NCBI GenBank assembly: GCA_964304625.1
Contig: OZ199840.1
Location: 7,541,368-7,605,367 of the forward strand
Source of the DNA: Kudoa neothunni
Taxonomy: Eukaryota; Animalia; Cnidaria
Length of the DNA: 64,000 nt
Reading direction: 5' to 3'
The notes below the pieces were generated by a model. It worked only from the letters and a program-made list of their open reading frames with translations, was not told the DNA's origin and did no database searches. Of the stretch, positions 1 to 13,362 are shown piece by piece; the first letter of the stretch is position 1; each line of letters starts with the position of its first letter. Made by a program: the position numbers and the translations under genes.

Positions 1-635
1 CATTTATTAAGCTTCGAGAAATGGATTTTATATACGATTTTAACAAGGTAAGAATCTTATAGTTTAATTAATTTGGGGATGGATAAGCTAAATATAAACT
101 ATCGAATATTTTAATCAATATCTAATTAAACTTAATATATATTATACGTTTTGTTCATAATAAATTAGAAATCGTATCGATTGATATTTTTGATTTTATG
201 CTTGAAGTAGATTGGAAATAATATACATATGAATTTTTATTTATATTATTTTTCTGGTTATAATATATGTTACGATCATTCGAAGGATCCAATGCGCTTA
301 CAAAACAACGCCAGTGATAAAGAATGATAATACAGCTAAACCTTTTGTTTATATAGATAAAGAGACAAATCTTAACACAGTTATAATGACGTCACGTATG
401 AAAATTAATAAAAATATTATTTAGCACATACTAACGCTACAATATATAAATGCATATATAAAAAATTAATAATATAGAATAATTTTAAAAATATTTAAGT
501 AATTTTTTATAGGTTGAAAACGTCTTTGACGAATTATGTGTTGGGGGTATAATTTCTGCTACCGACTCCGATGATGTGGTTGAAAACGTAGAAGAGCAAA
601 GTCAAATGGAAGGAAGAAGTGTATTTTTCAAGTGA
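1..635 (+). CDS. Adaptor protein (AP) complex sigma subunit, 3' part (AP-3 sigma-like); 5' end outside the window
   Basis: Exon <1-47 (FIKLREMDFIYDFNK), GT-AG intron 48-512, exon 513-635 (VENVFDELCVGGIISATDSDDVVENVEEQSQMEGRSVFFK*). Matches the sigma-adaptin C-terminal pattern ELDxIF..KV..IxDExxxGGxxxETxxxxI. An alternative last exon from 726 is possible. Confidence 0.75.
268..441. mobile_element. Solo LTR inside the AP-sigma intron
   Basis: Begins TGTTACG and ends CGCTACA (TG...CA with a short imperfect inverted repeat), flanked by ATATA at 263-267 and 442-446; contains a TATA-like run and AATAAA. Confidence 0.6.
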
Positions 636-999
636 AACTTTTTAGTTTATTTCATCATTTTTAAAAGTAGTACAATTTTTTGGAAATTATTATAATTAAG
701 TTTTAATAATATTTTAATTTTTCAGATAGTGACTGGGGAAAATAATAAAACTAAGTTTGTGATGTTTTTTAACCCTCTAGTTACAATTAATTTTGGTGGT
801 AAAAATATCCTAGACTAGTCAGAGGTTTAAGTCAAAAAATTATTATAAAGTTTCTAATTCATAATCCAATAATAAGGAGCACAAAGAATTTCATACAGAA
901 GTAAAAAAATAATTAATAAAAACACGTCTAATGAACTGTTATAAATAACGCAATTTGATTGGGTGAGCGATGGAAACGTGAACAGAATTTTACTTATCT

Positions 1000-1900
1000 A
1001 CACTGGGATAAAATTGAAAATTATGGATAAAAATCTATTTTTACTTAATTCACAAATCCTCACAGCTTTCAAAGGATCCCTTGACGGCGTCTTGTAGACC
1101 AATAACACTGAAACTCTAAAAAAAGAATAGGAAATAAGAGTTTTTAGACATGACGAGAATGTAATACTTTACAAAGTAGTTTCTTTTTCTCGTTTTGTTC
1201 AGAGCCTACTTTATCCAAATAAGATAATAAGTCATTTATCTAAAACATGTCTAGTATGCATTGATATAAAATATTGTATTAATACTTCGGAAGGAAGATA
1301 TTTCTTGTATAATTTATGTCGAAGCTAAACAAGCGGAAAAATATAAATTAATGTTAAAACAAAGTTTATTAGATATTGTATGAATCAAATCATAAGAAAT
1401 CTACGATAATGATCATCTTAACTAGTTGAGATATTTATTGCGATAACTCCAAAATGTGTTTTAGGAAACATTAAACTCGTTAAGAACTTTAAGTATTTTA
1501 AAAAATACAGTAAAAAATATTTACCTGTTCTTGTTCTTTCGAGGGTCTAAATATGGGGTACTTCTCAAACGGTTTCAATTTAATCAGTGCATTTATGTAA
1601 ACAACCGTGTTTTCATCACACTTGTTGAAAGCTTCTGTAAGAACACTATTTTCCAACAGCAAATCGGCATTAATACAACCCTCACTCTTCTGGAGTGTTT
1701 TTTTATTGAACACCATCAACAATACTACAATTGAAGTGTGTATAACTACTTAATGCACTAATCTCAATTAATAATATCGATTGAGATAGTGGTTTCGGGA
1801 AAAATTTTCTATTAAAAGAGAGGATTATACTGGATTCATCGTTGATTTCCTCTCCTACGCCTACACACATATTTGATGCAGTTAACCAAGTAAGCACAAC
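1000..1900 (-). CDS. Probable multi-exon gene or pseudogene of unknown product
   Basis: Minus-strand ORFs 1498-1722 and 1703-1897, a CAG|GTAAAT donor near 1523 and an acceptor near 1117. No recognisable domain; exon phases not resolved. Confidence 0.3.
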
Positions 1901-2042
1901 TGTTTTCTTGCATTTTGGATAGGTAACAAGGGAGAATTAAAGTTTTGTTACTTAGTAGCTAATTGACGATACATTCATGGGTTGAGGCAAACCACAAATT
2001 ATAACAAATATATATATTTTTTATTTAAATCAATTATATCAA

Positions 2043-2278
2043 GGCACTGGCTATCGACACGGAAGTTTTTAATCCAAAATGACAATTACGCTTGCGCATT
2101 TCCTATTTTTAATACCAACAACTCCTATTTATAGTTGATCTATAAAGTTTATTTTTTATAAGATGCCGTATTTAATTATTTTTGGCTCCTAGGAGCGGTA
2201 GCAATGGACCAAAAATAATTGAATACAATCAAAACTATGTCTACCTGGATATTATGATCCGTGTCAATAGCCACTTCC
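2043..2278. mobile_element. MULE-type MITE (236 bp)
   Basis: Imperfect ~21-bp TIRs GGCACTGGCTATCGACACGGA / TCCGTGTCAATAGCCACTTCC with a perfect 9-bp TSD TTATATCAA (2034-2042, 2279-2287). The TIR resembles the end of the MULE at 22526-26290. Confidence 0.8.
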
Positions 2279-3849
2279 TTATATCAACTTTAAATTATTT
2301 ATACAAATATAAGCTGAAATATTTCGATTGTATAAAAAATAACTAAACTACGATGTTCTTCGTAATTTAAAATTGTATCACCCTTTCTCAGCAATAACAC
2401 ACATATATACAAAAGCCGCTAAAAATTTTATTTTATAACATTATCTTAATCTCACCATGAATTATAATTTTTGATGAAATAACATTTAATAGCATTATTT
2501 TAATCGGATTAGTGATGACTTTAAAAAATGGATTTTATGCACCTATTTCAATCAGAACCGCACTCCCTAATGATGGACCTGTGAACCAACTGAATTATTG
2601 CACAATGATTATCAGAGAAAATGTATATTAAGGTAAAACAACCGAACCACATAAAACAAATTTAAAATGATATTATTTTGGAATAGTTTCTACAATACTA
2701 AACAATTTGGTAGATCCTTTTACTATCAATCATTTCGACAATTTAGATTAAAAAATTTCTGATTTACTATGCTTTTAATGTTTACAAGAAGGATGGAAAT
2801 TTTATTATTTTAATTTCCTTAGATTCTAATAATCCTTCTATAGTTTCATTCAAAATAAATTCCATTCTTAGATAATATTAATGTTGAATTAAAACATAAA
2901 TTTAGGTCATAAGATGAAAGGGAATATGTCAAAGCTATGAACCCATTTTTATTAAGAGGCTATACTAAATTGAACTCAACTGTATATGATTCTAATTATA
3001 AACGTGTATTCGTTTGTTTTCTGTTTGGCACTAATGTACTTTTCAGACATGGATTTTCGAATTATCTAAAGATATTTTAAATAAAAACTTCAGCATCACA
3101 AAATGGTGAATTTATGCCATTTAATTGAAAATATTTATAGACCTATGAATGAAAACAATTTAAATGGAGTACGATATAAAATTATAGCTAAACATGTTCA
3201 TTCATTCTTAAGTTAATCTTTTTTCTTTTTTAATTATAACTAATATTCTTCATTAATATATAACTATCTTTATTAAATTTTTATCTTATTATTTGGCTAA
3301 ATGGTTTTCATATAACATAAATGATATTGGTGCGATAATGAAAGTAACGTTATTTTAGATAAAACTGCACAATAATAGCTATAATCCATATCAGCGACAA
3401 CGAATAAAACTGACCACGTAGATTAATTTATTTCGCGAAAAGTTTTATTTCTTTCAATGATTCCATTAGAAGTTCTCCTTATAAAAACTAAGGGAATCGT
3501 TAAATCCTTCGTTGACGTTGACGTTGACGACTATTTGACATGATACATTAATATTAAAATTCGATTTCTCAGTCATGCACTTTAAAGTTATAGTTCAGTC
3601 GATATCAGTAGGCTGTTTAAAAACGATGTGATTATTGCAACGGATCGTAATACCCAGGTGAGTGTAGTGGTGACCGTATTTAATTATTTTTGGCCCTATG
3701 AGCGGTAACGATGAGCCAAAAGTAATTAAATACAACAGATACTAAAAAGTAAATTTCATACGTTAACTATGAATGAAAGTTAATGCGATTAAAAATATCC
3801 TTTGCGCTAGCCACTACCTTTTAAATATTGCTTACGTTCATCATATATT

Positions 3850-5702
3850 GACTAGCGTCTTCTATCGCATGTGATTTTCTTTGTTTCACTGCCTGAATAA
3901 CTGTAACTTAAGGATTCTCCTTACACTTGATTAGTGAACATCAACCGACCTAATTATGCGTTTAGTCGAAGGGTTATCCTTTCAAAATCATATTTATCAG
4001 TCTTTGAAAATAGCCGATGGATTGCAGAGTTCAAATGGTATCTTAAAAAATTGATAGAATCCATAGATACAATAAAATGCTATCTTTTGTTTATCTTTAC
4101 TATCGGTAGTTATATGATGATTTCCATCCTTGAAGTCTGACACCGTGAATACTTTAGAATTACCCAATGTGTTCATGACATCATTAATCTTTGGAAGTGT
4201 GTATGAATCTTATTTTCATTGCATTGAATTTTCTGCAATCCAAACATTATCCCCATTTTCCATTTTTTTAACCAAAACGGAGTTGAAAATCCAGTCCGAG
4301 TTTGATTCTACAATAATACCGTGCTCTAACATTGAATCAATAATTTTATTCATTTGTTTCCTTTTGTGATGTAATATTCTTTTAAATTCTGTTATTGATT
4401 TGGTATTCATTGTAGACATTTTATTCATAATGGTTATTTTTCCCTTTTTTGGTTTTGTTCCACAATTTCCGACCACTGGAGATATTGTTATGGATTTCGA
4501 ATTGTCATTCGTTTACCATCAAATGTGATCTCATACTTCAAAAATTGTAAAATATTTGGATCAATGATGCGATCATGTATCTAATTTTCAACAACCAAAA
4601 AATTTTGCATGCAGTTCTTTCCCTTATATCGAAATGATACATCTATCGTTCCTTTAACATTAAATCTACTTCCGGTAGCTCAACCTTCAATTCCAACAGA
4701 AGGAGGCCATTTTTAGTAACAAACGATAAGTTCACCAACGAAATTAGTGCACCCATATCAATTAATGCTTTAACTTCTCTTGCATCCATATAACAACGCA
4801 ATAACAAAAATTCAGCGTATTTAAAATTACTAGATTTATTTAGTTTGCAGCTTTTCTCCATATGTCCTTCTTCAAAACATTTGAAGCACCTTAATACCTA
4901 ATATCTTACTTAGCATATTTTCAAATGTATCCGAACGATCATACAATCTTTAGTTTACGATCTGCGGTCCCACAGAAAATATTTCATTTCTAGGACTTTT
5001 TGTGCGAGAACTAATTTTGCTTGCCACAAATTCCGATGTTTCCGCGAATTGATATACCAGATCAAATAACTCAATGTCCTCCACAACTAGCGTTCTTTTA
5101 GTTTCGCTAGTCCTCAATCCATATATGAACTGATTTTTATTAATCTCTTCCTTAGCGTTTTCAGAGGTATTGCCATGAGCCAATCAAGTTTTCTTGATCG
5201 CCTCTGAAAATCCAGTTGATGTTTTCCTCTCTCTTTTCACGCATTCCACCGATTCTCCTTCATCCACCTACCTATCCTTTCTTTCATCATATCTTATCGT
5301 TGAGTAATTTTTTAGTTTAACATAGGGTGAATTTATAAGGTACCCAGCTTCGTGGACGATTTCAAATACTTCGACAATAATAACACAAGCAACTTCCAAG
5401 TCCACTTCTCCGGTGGAATCCTGTTATGCACCGATAATATTTTTAGCTTCGACACCCATGTATCAACATTTTTTCCCGTAAAAAAGTTCAGTTTTATTCA
5501 TTGCACCATTGTTAGCTGCACATAGAGAGACCATATGATAAATCGTAAACCATAGATAACGATGTAAATACTACGAGGTTTATCCGTATATAATCACATT
5601 AGTAACAGTCAGTGATGTTATTACTCTTCTAATATTTGAAGAGTCAGACATATTCTCAACCGAATATGAGATGATCACATCCTAAATTCGAAACACTGTA
5701 CA
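3850..5702 (-). mobile_element. Decayed Ty3/Gypsy LTR retrotransposon (5' LTR, gag, protease, part of RT)
   Basis: Zinc knuckle CFKCFEEGHMEKSC (~4847-4888); protease-like ALIDMGALISLV; RT fragments MLEHGIIVESNSDW and DKQKIAF..GFYQFFKIPFELCNPSAIFQRLIN. Putative TG...CA LTR at ~5510-5702 followed by a TGGTGC PBS-like sequence. Many stops and frameshifts. Confidence 0.85.
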
Positions 5703-6615
5703 TCAACAATCGCTGTGTATATTTTTGCTATCAGAATATTATTACTCCCTCTTTTAAATTTGCCAAAACGATTTTTTATAACAACCTATTTCAGTATAAT
5801 ATTTGTACAGAGATTTTTTGTACGATTTTTAATGCACTGAGAATTTGGGATTGTTGATATTATTTCATTTAATTTTTTTCATAAATTTTCATAAAAGTGC
5901 ACTTTTATGTATATACATACAAAGTTCATAAAAAATTTATGAACTAAAAGTACAATTAATAAATCCACTTATTTACATCTAAAGTTAAAATAATATTTTT
6001 GTACAATAGAAAATACGATGTTTTTGTGAAATATGCAAAAAGCTTATTTTTAAAGTAGGCCCATTTAAAGAGTTAGATTTAAATAGTAAAAAATCTAAAT
6101 AGTGATAATAATTAACTTTTGAGTTAAGAACTAATAAGAAAACGAGAATAATCAATATTCTTCGTCTCACTGTGGAGATTGTAGGTGTACCTGAAAATAT
6201 TCAGATGAAGAATTGTTAAAATTTGGGAGTTGTTGTTTTGGCTTGAATCTTTACCCGCGTTATTCATTTATTTTATTATAAATAATCGTGACGAAAGAAC
6301 GAAGCAAAAACATGTTTTGGATGGTGACTTTCTGGTGCCACCTACTCTCCCTGTATCGAACCCTAAATAACCTGATAAAAATGTCATATTCGTAAAATGA
6401 ACAACAGTTCTACACATCCTTTAAATCAATTTTTAAGTACCTCAATTATTCTAGAAAATACTTATTGTCGTAAAACGGGCATTATCTAATAAATCTTTGG
6501 ATTTTACCGTTATTAAGACTAAATTAGTTAGGTAACTTAAAAAGAAGAAATATTTTACATCACACTGATTACGATGAAAAATTATAGCTCAATAACAAGC
6601 ATAAAAAGGTTAGTA

Positions 6616-7735
6616 CCGGGTTTTTCATCCAAAACCGGACAAATTTACTAAATTGACCTATAACTCAAAATTCTATGCTGCATTTCATATAAAAAAGACG
6701 CATTAAATATAATTAATAAAATAGAGAGATATATATGTTCAATTAGATCAGTCTCTAGGAACATCCTCTAAGGTGTGGCAATAACTGAGAAAGGTTTCGC
6801 TATGTTGAAAATAATTTTTTAAATTATCTTCATTCACTGATTAGGTCGTTATTACCTCGAATTGGACCATCCTTACGGGTGTTGTTCTTTATTTGAGAGA
6901 ATACCTCCTCGCATGGGTTTAAAAATGGAGAATATCGAGGTAGCTATTTAATCTCATATGGGTAATCATCATAGAATTCCATGTTAGAAGGATGGAATCA
7001 GACGTTATCCATAACAATAATGAAATCCCCACTGCCCAACACGTCATTTACTTTCTTTAGAAATGTTTGAAACACTTCACAATTTACGCCCCCAGTAATG
7101 GCTTCACAGTGGACTACACTTATGGCACTCACCGCAAGGATCATTGTTACGTTAGGGCCTCTACCGTTAACCACCACAGGATTAGGAGTTGTTCCAATAA
7201 AAGAGCGCCCATGAGAGCGTAGCAGATGAAGCGAGAACGGGCTTTCATCAATAAATATCAGTTTTTCATACCGCGCATTTATTGGAAGACTGGTATACCA
7301 ATTGGCGTAATTCCTTCTTTCGTGCTTTACGTCAAGAGAATTACGGCTTTGAGGTATTTGCCTCGTCACTTTGAATGTGATACCCATTTTTTTGAGCCAC
7401 CTCCATATAGTTGTTTGGCACACATCCAAGCTAAGGCGTTCGATCATACGTTGTAAGGTGATCGTGCAATCGTCGTGGACTACCTCTCGCACCTTTTTCG
7501 TACGTTTTATGGAGTTGTTTCCTTTTCACCATATCACTTAGAGTTGATTTAGGTATACCTAAATCGCGCGATACTAAACTAAGAGGTTTTCCCTCATCAA
7601 GTACAAGCACAATGGCCCTCTTTCTTAAATCATTCGACACACTCTCTCTTGGCATTATGCTATTTTAATTATATGAACTGCCACGCTTTTATTTGCTTAA
7701 CAAATGCGCCGTCCGGTTTTGGATGAAAAACCCGG
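6616..7735 (-). mobile_element. IS630/Tc1/mariner-superfamily DNA transposon with a disrupted transposase
   Basis: Perfect 25-bp TIRs CCGGGTTTTTCATCCAAAACCGGAC (6616-6640, 7711-7735) with TA on both sides. HTH ORF from 7655, then FIDES, VMDNV and LPRYSPFLNPCE; one frameshift and in-frame stops. Confidence 0.93.
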
Positions 7736-10700
7736 TAACGCACATGCATAATAAGAATTGCTAACAGGAGATGGAGCGAAAAATGAATTTGCGTTTCATG
7801 CGCAAGCCGACAACTTTACTCCTTTTTAATTCAGTTGCGTGAAAGCACAATATTTCAATATTAACATGAAATATGCGCGCGTATTAGGTGGGTCAAATCA
7901 AAATGCAACCAATTGTGCAAAATAAAATTAATTTTTTATGAACTTTTTTCAATTAAAAACATTATTTTTACATTAACAAGAAATTTTCAAAAATACTCGC
8001 AATATGTCGGATCAAAACATATCATTATCGAATCAAAATTGAATTAACACAAATAAACAGAAATACGTGGCATTGCCTATAATAATGCGAAATAGAGCTA
8101 TTTGGTTAGCAGAAATAGTTATTGTTCTTTTGATTCCTTACGAGATACCTGAGAAATATACAAATTAATGAATTGCTGAATGTAGTAGCGTGTTCACAAA
8201 TCAACGACTGGGCGAATTTAAGACGAAATCCAGAAGATATTTGTTCGTTCATTAAAAATATGGTGGTCGCCGATCAAAATTTTCCAACGTACAAAAGTTA
8301 TTCGTTCAAAGTTTAGTAGATGATGATTGCACAACAATTTTAGCGAAGATTGGCTAAATTCTCCTTTTCCTACCACGTTACAGCTTTTTTTTAAATCCGA
8401 GTGGGATATTCTTCCATCAGTGAATAACAATTGTAAGAATTAAAAATCCTTCCGACAATAAGAATTATTTAATGCTATTATGTGCTAACCAAATAAAATT
8501 ACACCTAACAATATTTAACCTAGTACAACTATTCTGGCTCATAATTTATTCTTTATTTAAACTCTGATACTATTTAAAACTGGAAATATGTTTCGTTTTA
8601 ATATAAGCAAGTTACATTTGAATATTGAAATATTGTATTAAAATTTAAACAAATCTTCCTGCGCATTAGATGTAGAATTCGCTATATTAAACACTCCTGG
8701 TTAAACCAAAAGCTTTTTGCATAATTTCTCAACTTCAAATAATAAGAAACAAAAGGACTTTATATTAGAAAATAAAGTTAATGGTGATATCGTACGAATC
8801 GTCATCTGAAAACACAAAGCTTTTGCCAAAAACACTTTTACCGGTGAGATTATTCAAAAGATCGTTTATCTAAAATATGTATGTGATAATGTTAATTACT
8901 TTTTTACACAAAATGTGATACCTTTTGCGGTATATATTTATTTGATAATTTTTTCATCATCTAAATTTATGTGATTAATGGCTTTTCGGTTTATATACAT
9001 AAGAAGTTTTGATTATATTGAACAACGGAAAAGCTAGTCTTTTCGGTACATAGCACAACAAACCAAAACACAAATTTAACTATTTGATCATCGTTAAAAT
9101 TAATTACTTCAAAAATTATAACTATTAAAGCTTTAAAAATACATCAAATAAACTCCACTTTGAGTAAATATTTTGGATTGGTTTAAACTGTTCAACAAAA
9201 ACATTCATTCGTAATCAATCAAAACACTATTCACCCACCATGTGTGAGTATGCGTGAGCACATACAGCGGTTGGTTTGAAGTTATAAAAAGATGTTTGGC
9301 TTAAATTGTTCCAAATGTACGATAGTTTAAATAATAATATGAGTAAATTACTTCGGACATTTCTCTTTTATGACGAAACAAAGGATATTCATGGAATTTT
9401 TTTAAGTTTTAAAAATCCGTACACATAATTCACTGTAACTTGATCGTATTCCTGTAGTAGGCGTCTTAGTTCATGATTTTCAATTATTTCGTCAATAGTT
9501 GACTATAAAATTCTACTCAGATGAAAATATAAACTATTAGTCACCATTTTTTTCACTCAGTGAGTGAGGTATCGCGGATAAACTGTTAAGTTGATTAGCC
9601 TATTTTTATTAAATCTAATTCAAGAATTAGTACATAATCGTTTTTGTTGCTATTAAACATCCTTTATGATTAATAAGCATAAATTAATCTATTAAAATAT
9701 CAACAGTTATTTCAATTGAAATCGTTTTAATCTTTTTTATGGCCCACCTGCAATAAACAACGAACGAGTTGATTTTTTGCATGCATTGGATAATATATTA
9801 CTCTGGTATTGTTCAAAATAGAACAGTGGTTTAATATTCTAATTTTACCATTAGAATTTAATGCGATAAATTTTAATACACAATAAGTGTAGCCCGATCT
9901 TTGTGAATTAGCTCACCATGGATTTCCATACAATAAGACCAGCTATCCGTTACAATATTGCATCAAACAATTTATATATAAATTTTCAAATCAAATCAAT
10001 ATAAATCATTCATGTTTGAAATTTTATTATTGGTTTTCACAGTCAAATGTGTGAAAATTGTTGGTTATTCGGTAACAGCCAACGAACCTTACGTGTATAA
10101 TGTTTAATGAGATAATGTTGAAAAAAATGTGTTTATGTTCAGGACGGATCACTTTTGAAATATAATTAAATTTCTTGAACTATTTGGGTTTGTTTATTGA
10201 TTCCCTTAAGGTTATTTAGCCACAAAAATGAAAATTTTTATTGTGATTCATTGTGAGATTCCTTGCCACTGTGTACAATTTGAGTGATTTCAGAGTACTT
10301 TAATATCAGATAAATATTGCTCCGAAATTTTCCATAATTGTTTTTCAAAGAAAATCGAATAACGTATATAAATTTAGGGTTTAACTCCCGTAGGGAATAA
10401 ATTGATTAAGTCTATGCTAATTTATTAGTCTAAACCAAATATCAAGCGATTGCCACTCATTTTCTCATTTAGGTGAGATAGTATCGATGAGAACGAAATA
10501 TCTAGTTGTAACATTTGAACCATGTTTAACACCTTTAATGTTGACACTTTAATCTTATAAAGATTTAAAGGTCAGCATGAGTCCTAATCCAACAAAATTA
10601 CGTAATGACTTTTTTATAACACTTTAATCCTTAAAAAGTGGTCTTAACTTTTAATATTTGTATTATACAATTATTTGAGAGATATAGGAAAATATTCGAA

Positions 10701-12011
10701 CAAATTTTCGAAATACGCTAATTTTTTAACGAGTGACTCTAACATGACTTCAAACATTTCTCGGAATAATTTACTTTAAAAGTATTTGACTTAATGTCGA
10801 ATGTTAATTATTTAAAATGGAACCTTCTTATGAGAATACTTCTTAGCGAATAAATTCCGTCATTTTTTAATATTTGTAATATTCATCATTTCGTCGATTC
10901 GATCATCACGGTTGATCTAATTTTGTCAGCTTTACTCAACTTGAAGCCAAATAAGATTTTAGAAAAATTCTTTAAATATCTCAAACGTTTTTAATAAGGG
11001 GCTTAATTAGTTTGAAATATAAAAAAGTCTGCTAGAGAATAGGCTCATTATTATTAAACGAACGAGATAGGTCCTTGTTTTTATGTAGAAGAGAAACAGC
11101 AAATATTAATGCGCTTACTCTAATTTCGTTAGAGGGGTTACGTTTGAGGATAAAGGGTGACCTTATTGATAATCTTGTTTTCATTCTAATCCGATTATTC
11201 TTAGGTATTTATTCAAGGCGAGACTTAAAAAATACTTACTCGACCTTCTTATACCAAAATTTTGCTATACATACCAATTTTATGGTGGTTTTAAATTAAA
11301 AATTTATTATCGTATATTTTTCCACAAAATGTGATATTCATTTATAAAATGCAAATCCAACACAAATGTGTTAGAATCTTTTCAAAATTGACATTAATTT
11401 TTTTGTTTCAGGTAAATATTAACGACTATTAGAATAGGGATAGACAACCCGATTGGGTTTCTGGACCGAATAGTCATGACAAATTAGAAGGGAACCAGAA
11501 TAAATATAAATCCTTTCGTTGTAATAAATTTTTCACAGTAAAGTTAAAATCGGCTTAGTAAGTTTACATTGATATTTAAGGAAATATATTTTTATGCATT
11601 GCAAGAAAAAATGTAACGAATGACCAATATTTTTACGAAGAAATGGCTAGTTTTATACAATTTTTCAATTTAACATTTACCTGATCTTATTGATATGGAA
11701 TTTAATATTTCATATACTTACATAATGGTTCGAAACCGTCAAGAATAACAATTAAACGTTCCCGTTCGCCATAATAAGACTAATATCATACAATCAATGA
11801 AAATTAGTAAGAACTTTGCTTGGGGGAATATTTTAGTCTTTATTTTGTTTTTTCGTATTTATATTTAGGAAAAGATAGATAATATATAATTAACCACGTT
11901 TACATTGCTGTTAAGCTTCTTTATGTACTGAAAAAATTGATTATAAAAAGTGGGAAACTTATACAAGTAATATCTAATAAAAAAAACAATTTAACTTCAT
12001 CATTGACTCTC

Positions 12012-12078
12012 CTTGCAGGCCGGATGAAGAAAGCTCAGAGTCAAATTTGACCCGCGGGCTAGTCGTTGCCCACCCCTG
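12012..12078 (-). mobile_element. Isolated hAT (Charlie/Buster-type) terminus
   Basis: Minus strand reads CAGGGGTGGGCAACGACTAGCCCGCGGGTC, a typical Charlie-like end; the partner end was not located. Confidence 0.55.
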
Positions 12079-12694
12079 TATTAGAATAACGATTCAGTTT
12101 ATTTAAATATATAGAAATATATTTGCTTATAAGTTATAACATGATTTTAACATCCGGCATTAATCCGTAGTTTTTGCTATTATAATCAATCCAATAATAA
12201 TAATAATACAGATAACTATAATAATAACTACGACTGGAACTCCTCCTTTATTTATCCCTCGAACACCTGAGGAAAAAAGTTACACGAATACCTGGAGGTA
12301 GCCATTGTGACCACATGCAAAAATGTATTAAATTAATAAAAATCATTGCATTTAATATTAATAGCATAATTATTTACGTTATTTTTCACATTTTAAAATG
12401 TAATAAATTTAATACAAAGAAATCAATGATATATTTTTGTGACGTTTATTTTCACAATTGCGAAGAACATGAATAATTATGTCTGTATATACTTTGAATA
12501 GCGGGAAAAATTAACGATAAATTGCTACATTTTTCACACTTTTTTCTTATTATTTTAACAGTTAAGGTTTTGTTCTATTCTCAAAATTCATGATTTTTTT
12601 ATGAAATTTCTGCACTTATTGACAGAAATTTGTTAAATATATAAAGTCGTATTTTACAAATTGAAATTTGGTATTATAAATTAATTTACGAATA

Positions 12695-12702
<8 letters not shown>

Positions 12703-12733
<31 letters not shown>

Positions 12734-12934
12734 AAGGATTTCTAGGTTTTGAATTTTTGAGTTATGATAAGATGGTCTAAATTAAACTTCAAACAACCAT
12801 ATTTAACTTAATACTAGTTGTTGATACGTAATTTAATAAAATTATTATAACACGCGCGATTCATATTCCAGATTAAATTAGTTACCAGAATCAAGTTGTT
12901 ATAGAAGCATAAAAATGAATTTAAAAAAATCCTT

Positions 12935-12965
<31 letters not shown>
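12703..12965. repeat. Two (TA)n microsatellites
   Basis: Uninterrupted AT dinucleotide runs at ~12703-12729 and ~12938-12965. Confidence 0.9.
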
Positions 12966-12968
<3 letters not shown>

Positions 12969-13362
12969 TTTATTTTTTAACTATCTAAACATTATTTATA
13001 TACTGGAAATGCTGCAATGTAACTTTTTTTTATTTTAAGCAAAAAATAAAATGTAATGCTCAATTACATGAGTATTTTTAAAAGCACCATTGTACTATAA
13101 AATACATGTAGGGAAAAAAGGAAATAAAATATTTTGTAGAAGTTATTGATACAATAAGCGCTGATTGGCCACAGTGACCACCTCCAGGTATTCGGGGATT
13201 AAGTGATCAGACAACGTATTTTGAGAATCCATGCAATCACCAATCTGATCTAAACTATTCGGAATGTAACAGCTGAAAAGCTCAATACTTTTGAAGCAAA
13301 AATAGACAATTGAACGAAGAAGAAAAAAGAAAACAATACAAACTAAAGAGATGGCCGAAAAA

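Noticed and set aside
769-830. TTAACCCTCTAG...CAGAGGTTTAA micro-element
   Set aside because: The inverted match is too short and imperfect to call in AT-rich DNA.
6943-7000. Stop-codon reassignment or readthrough suggested by in-frame TGA and TAG in transposases
   Set aside because: Stops of all three types co-occur with frameshifts only in TEs; the host exons translated are clean in the standard code.
7480-7510. Programmed frameshift between the HTH and DDE ORFs, as in bacterial IS630
   Set aside because: The shift needed is +1 rather than -1, the linker looks shortened, and downstream stops show the copy is decayed.
7750-12000. Exon-like fragments (e.g. 8344-8431, 11420-11560); similar fragments at 2500-3300 and 15950-16560
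   Set aside because: Could not be joined into phase-consistent frames and contain no recognisable motif; they may be pseudogene debris.
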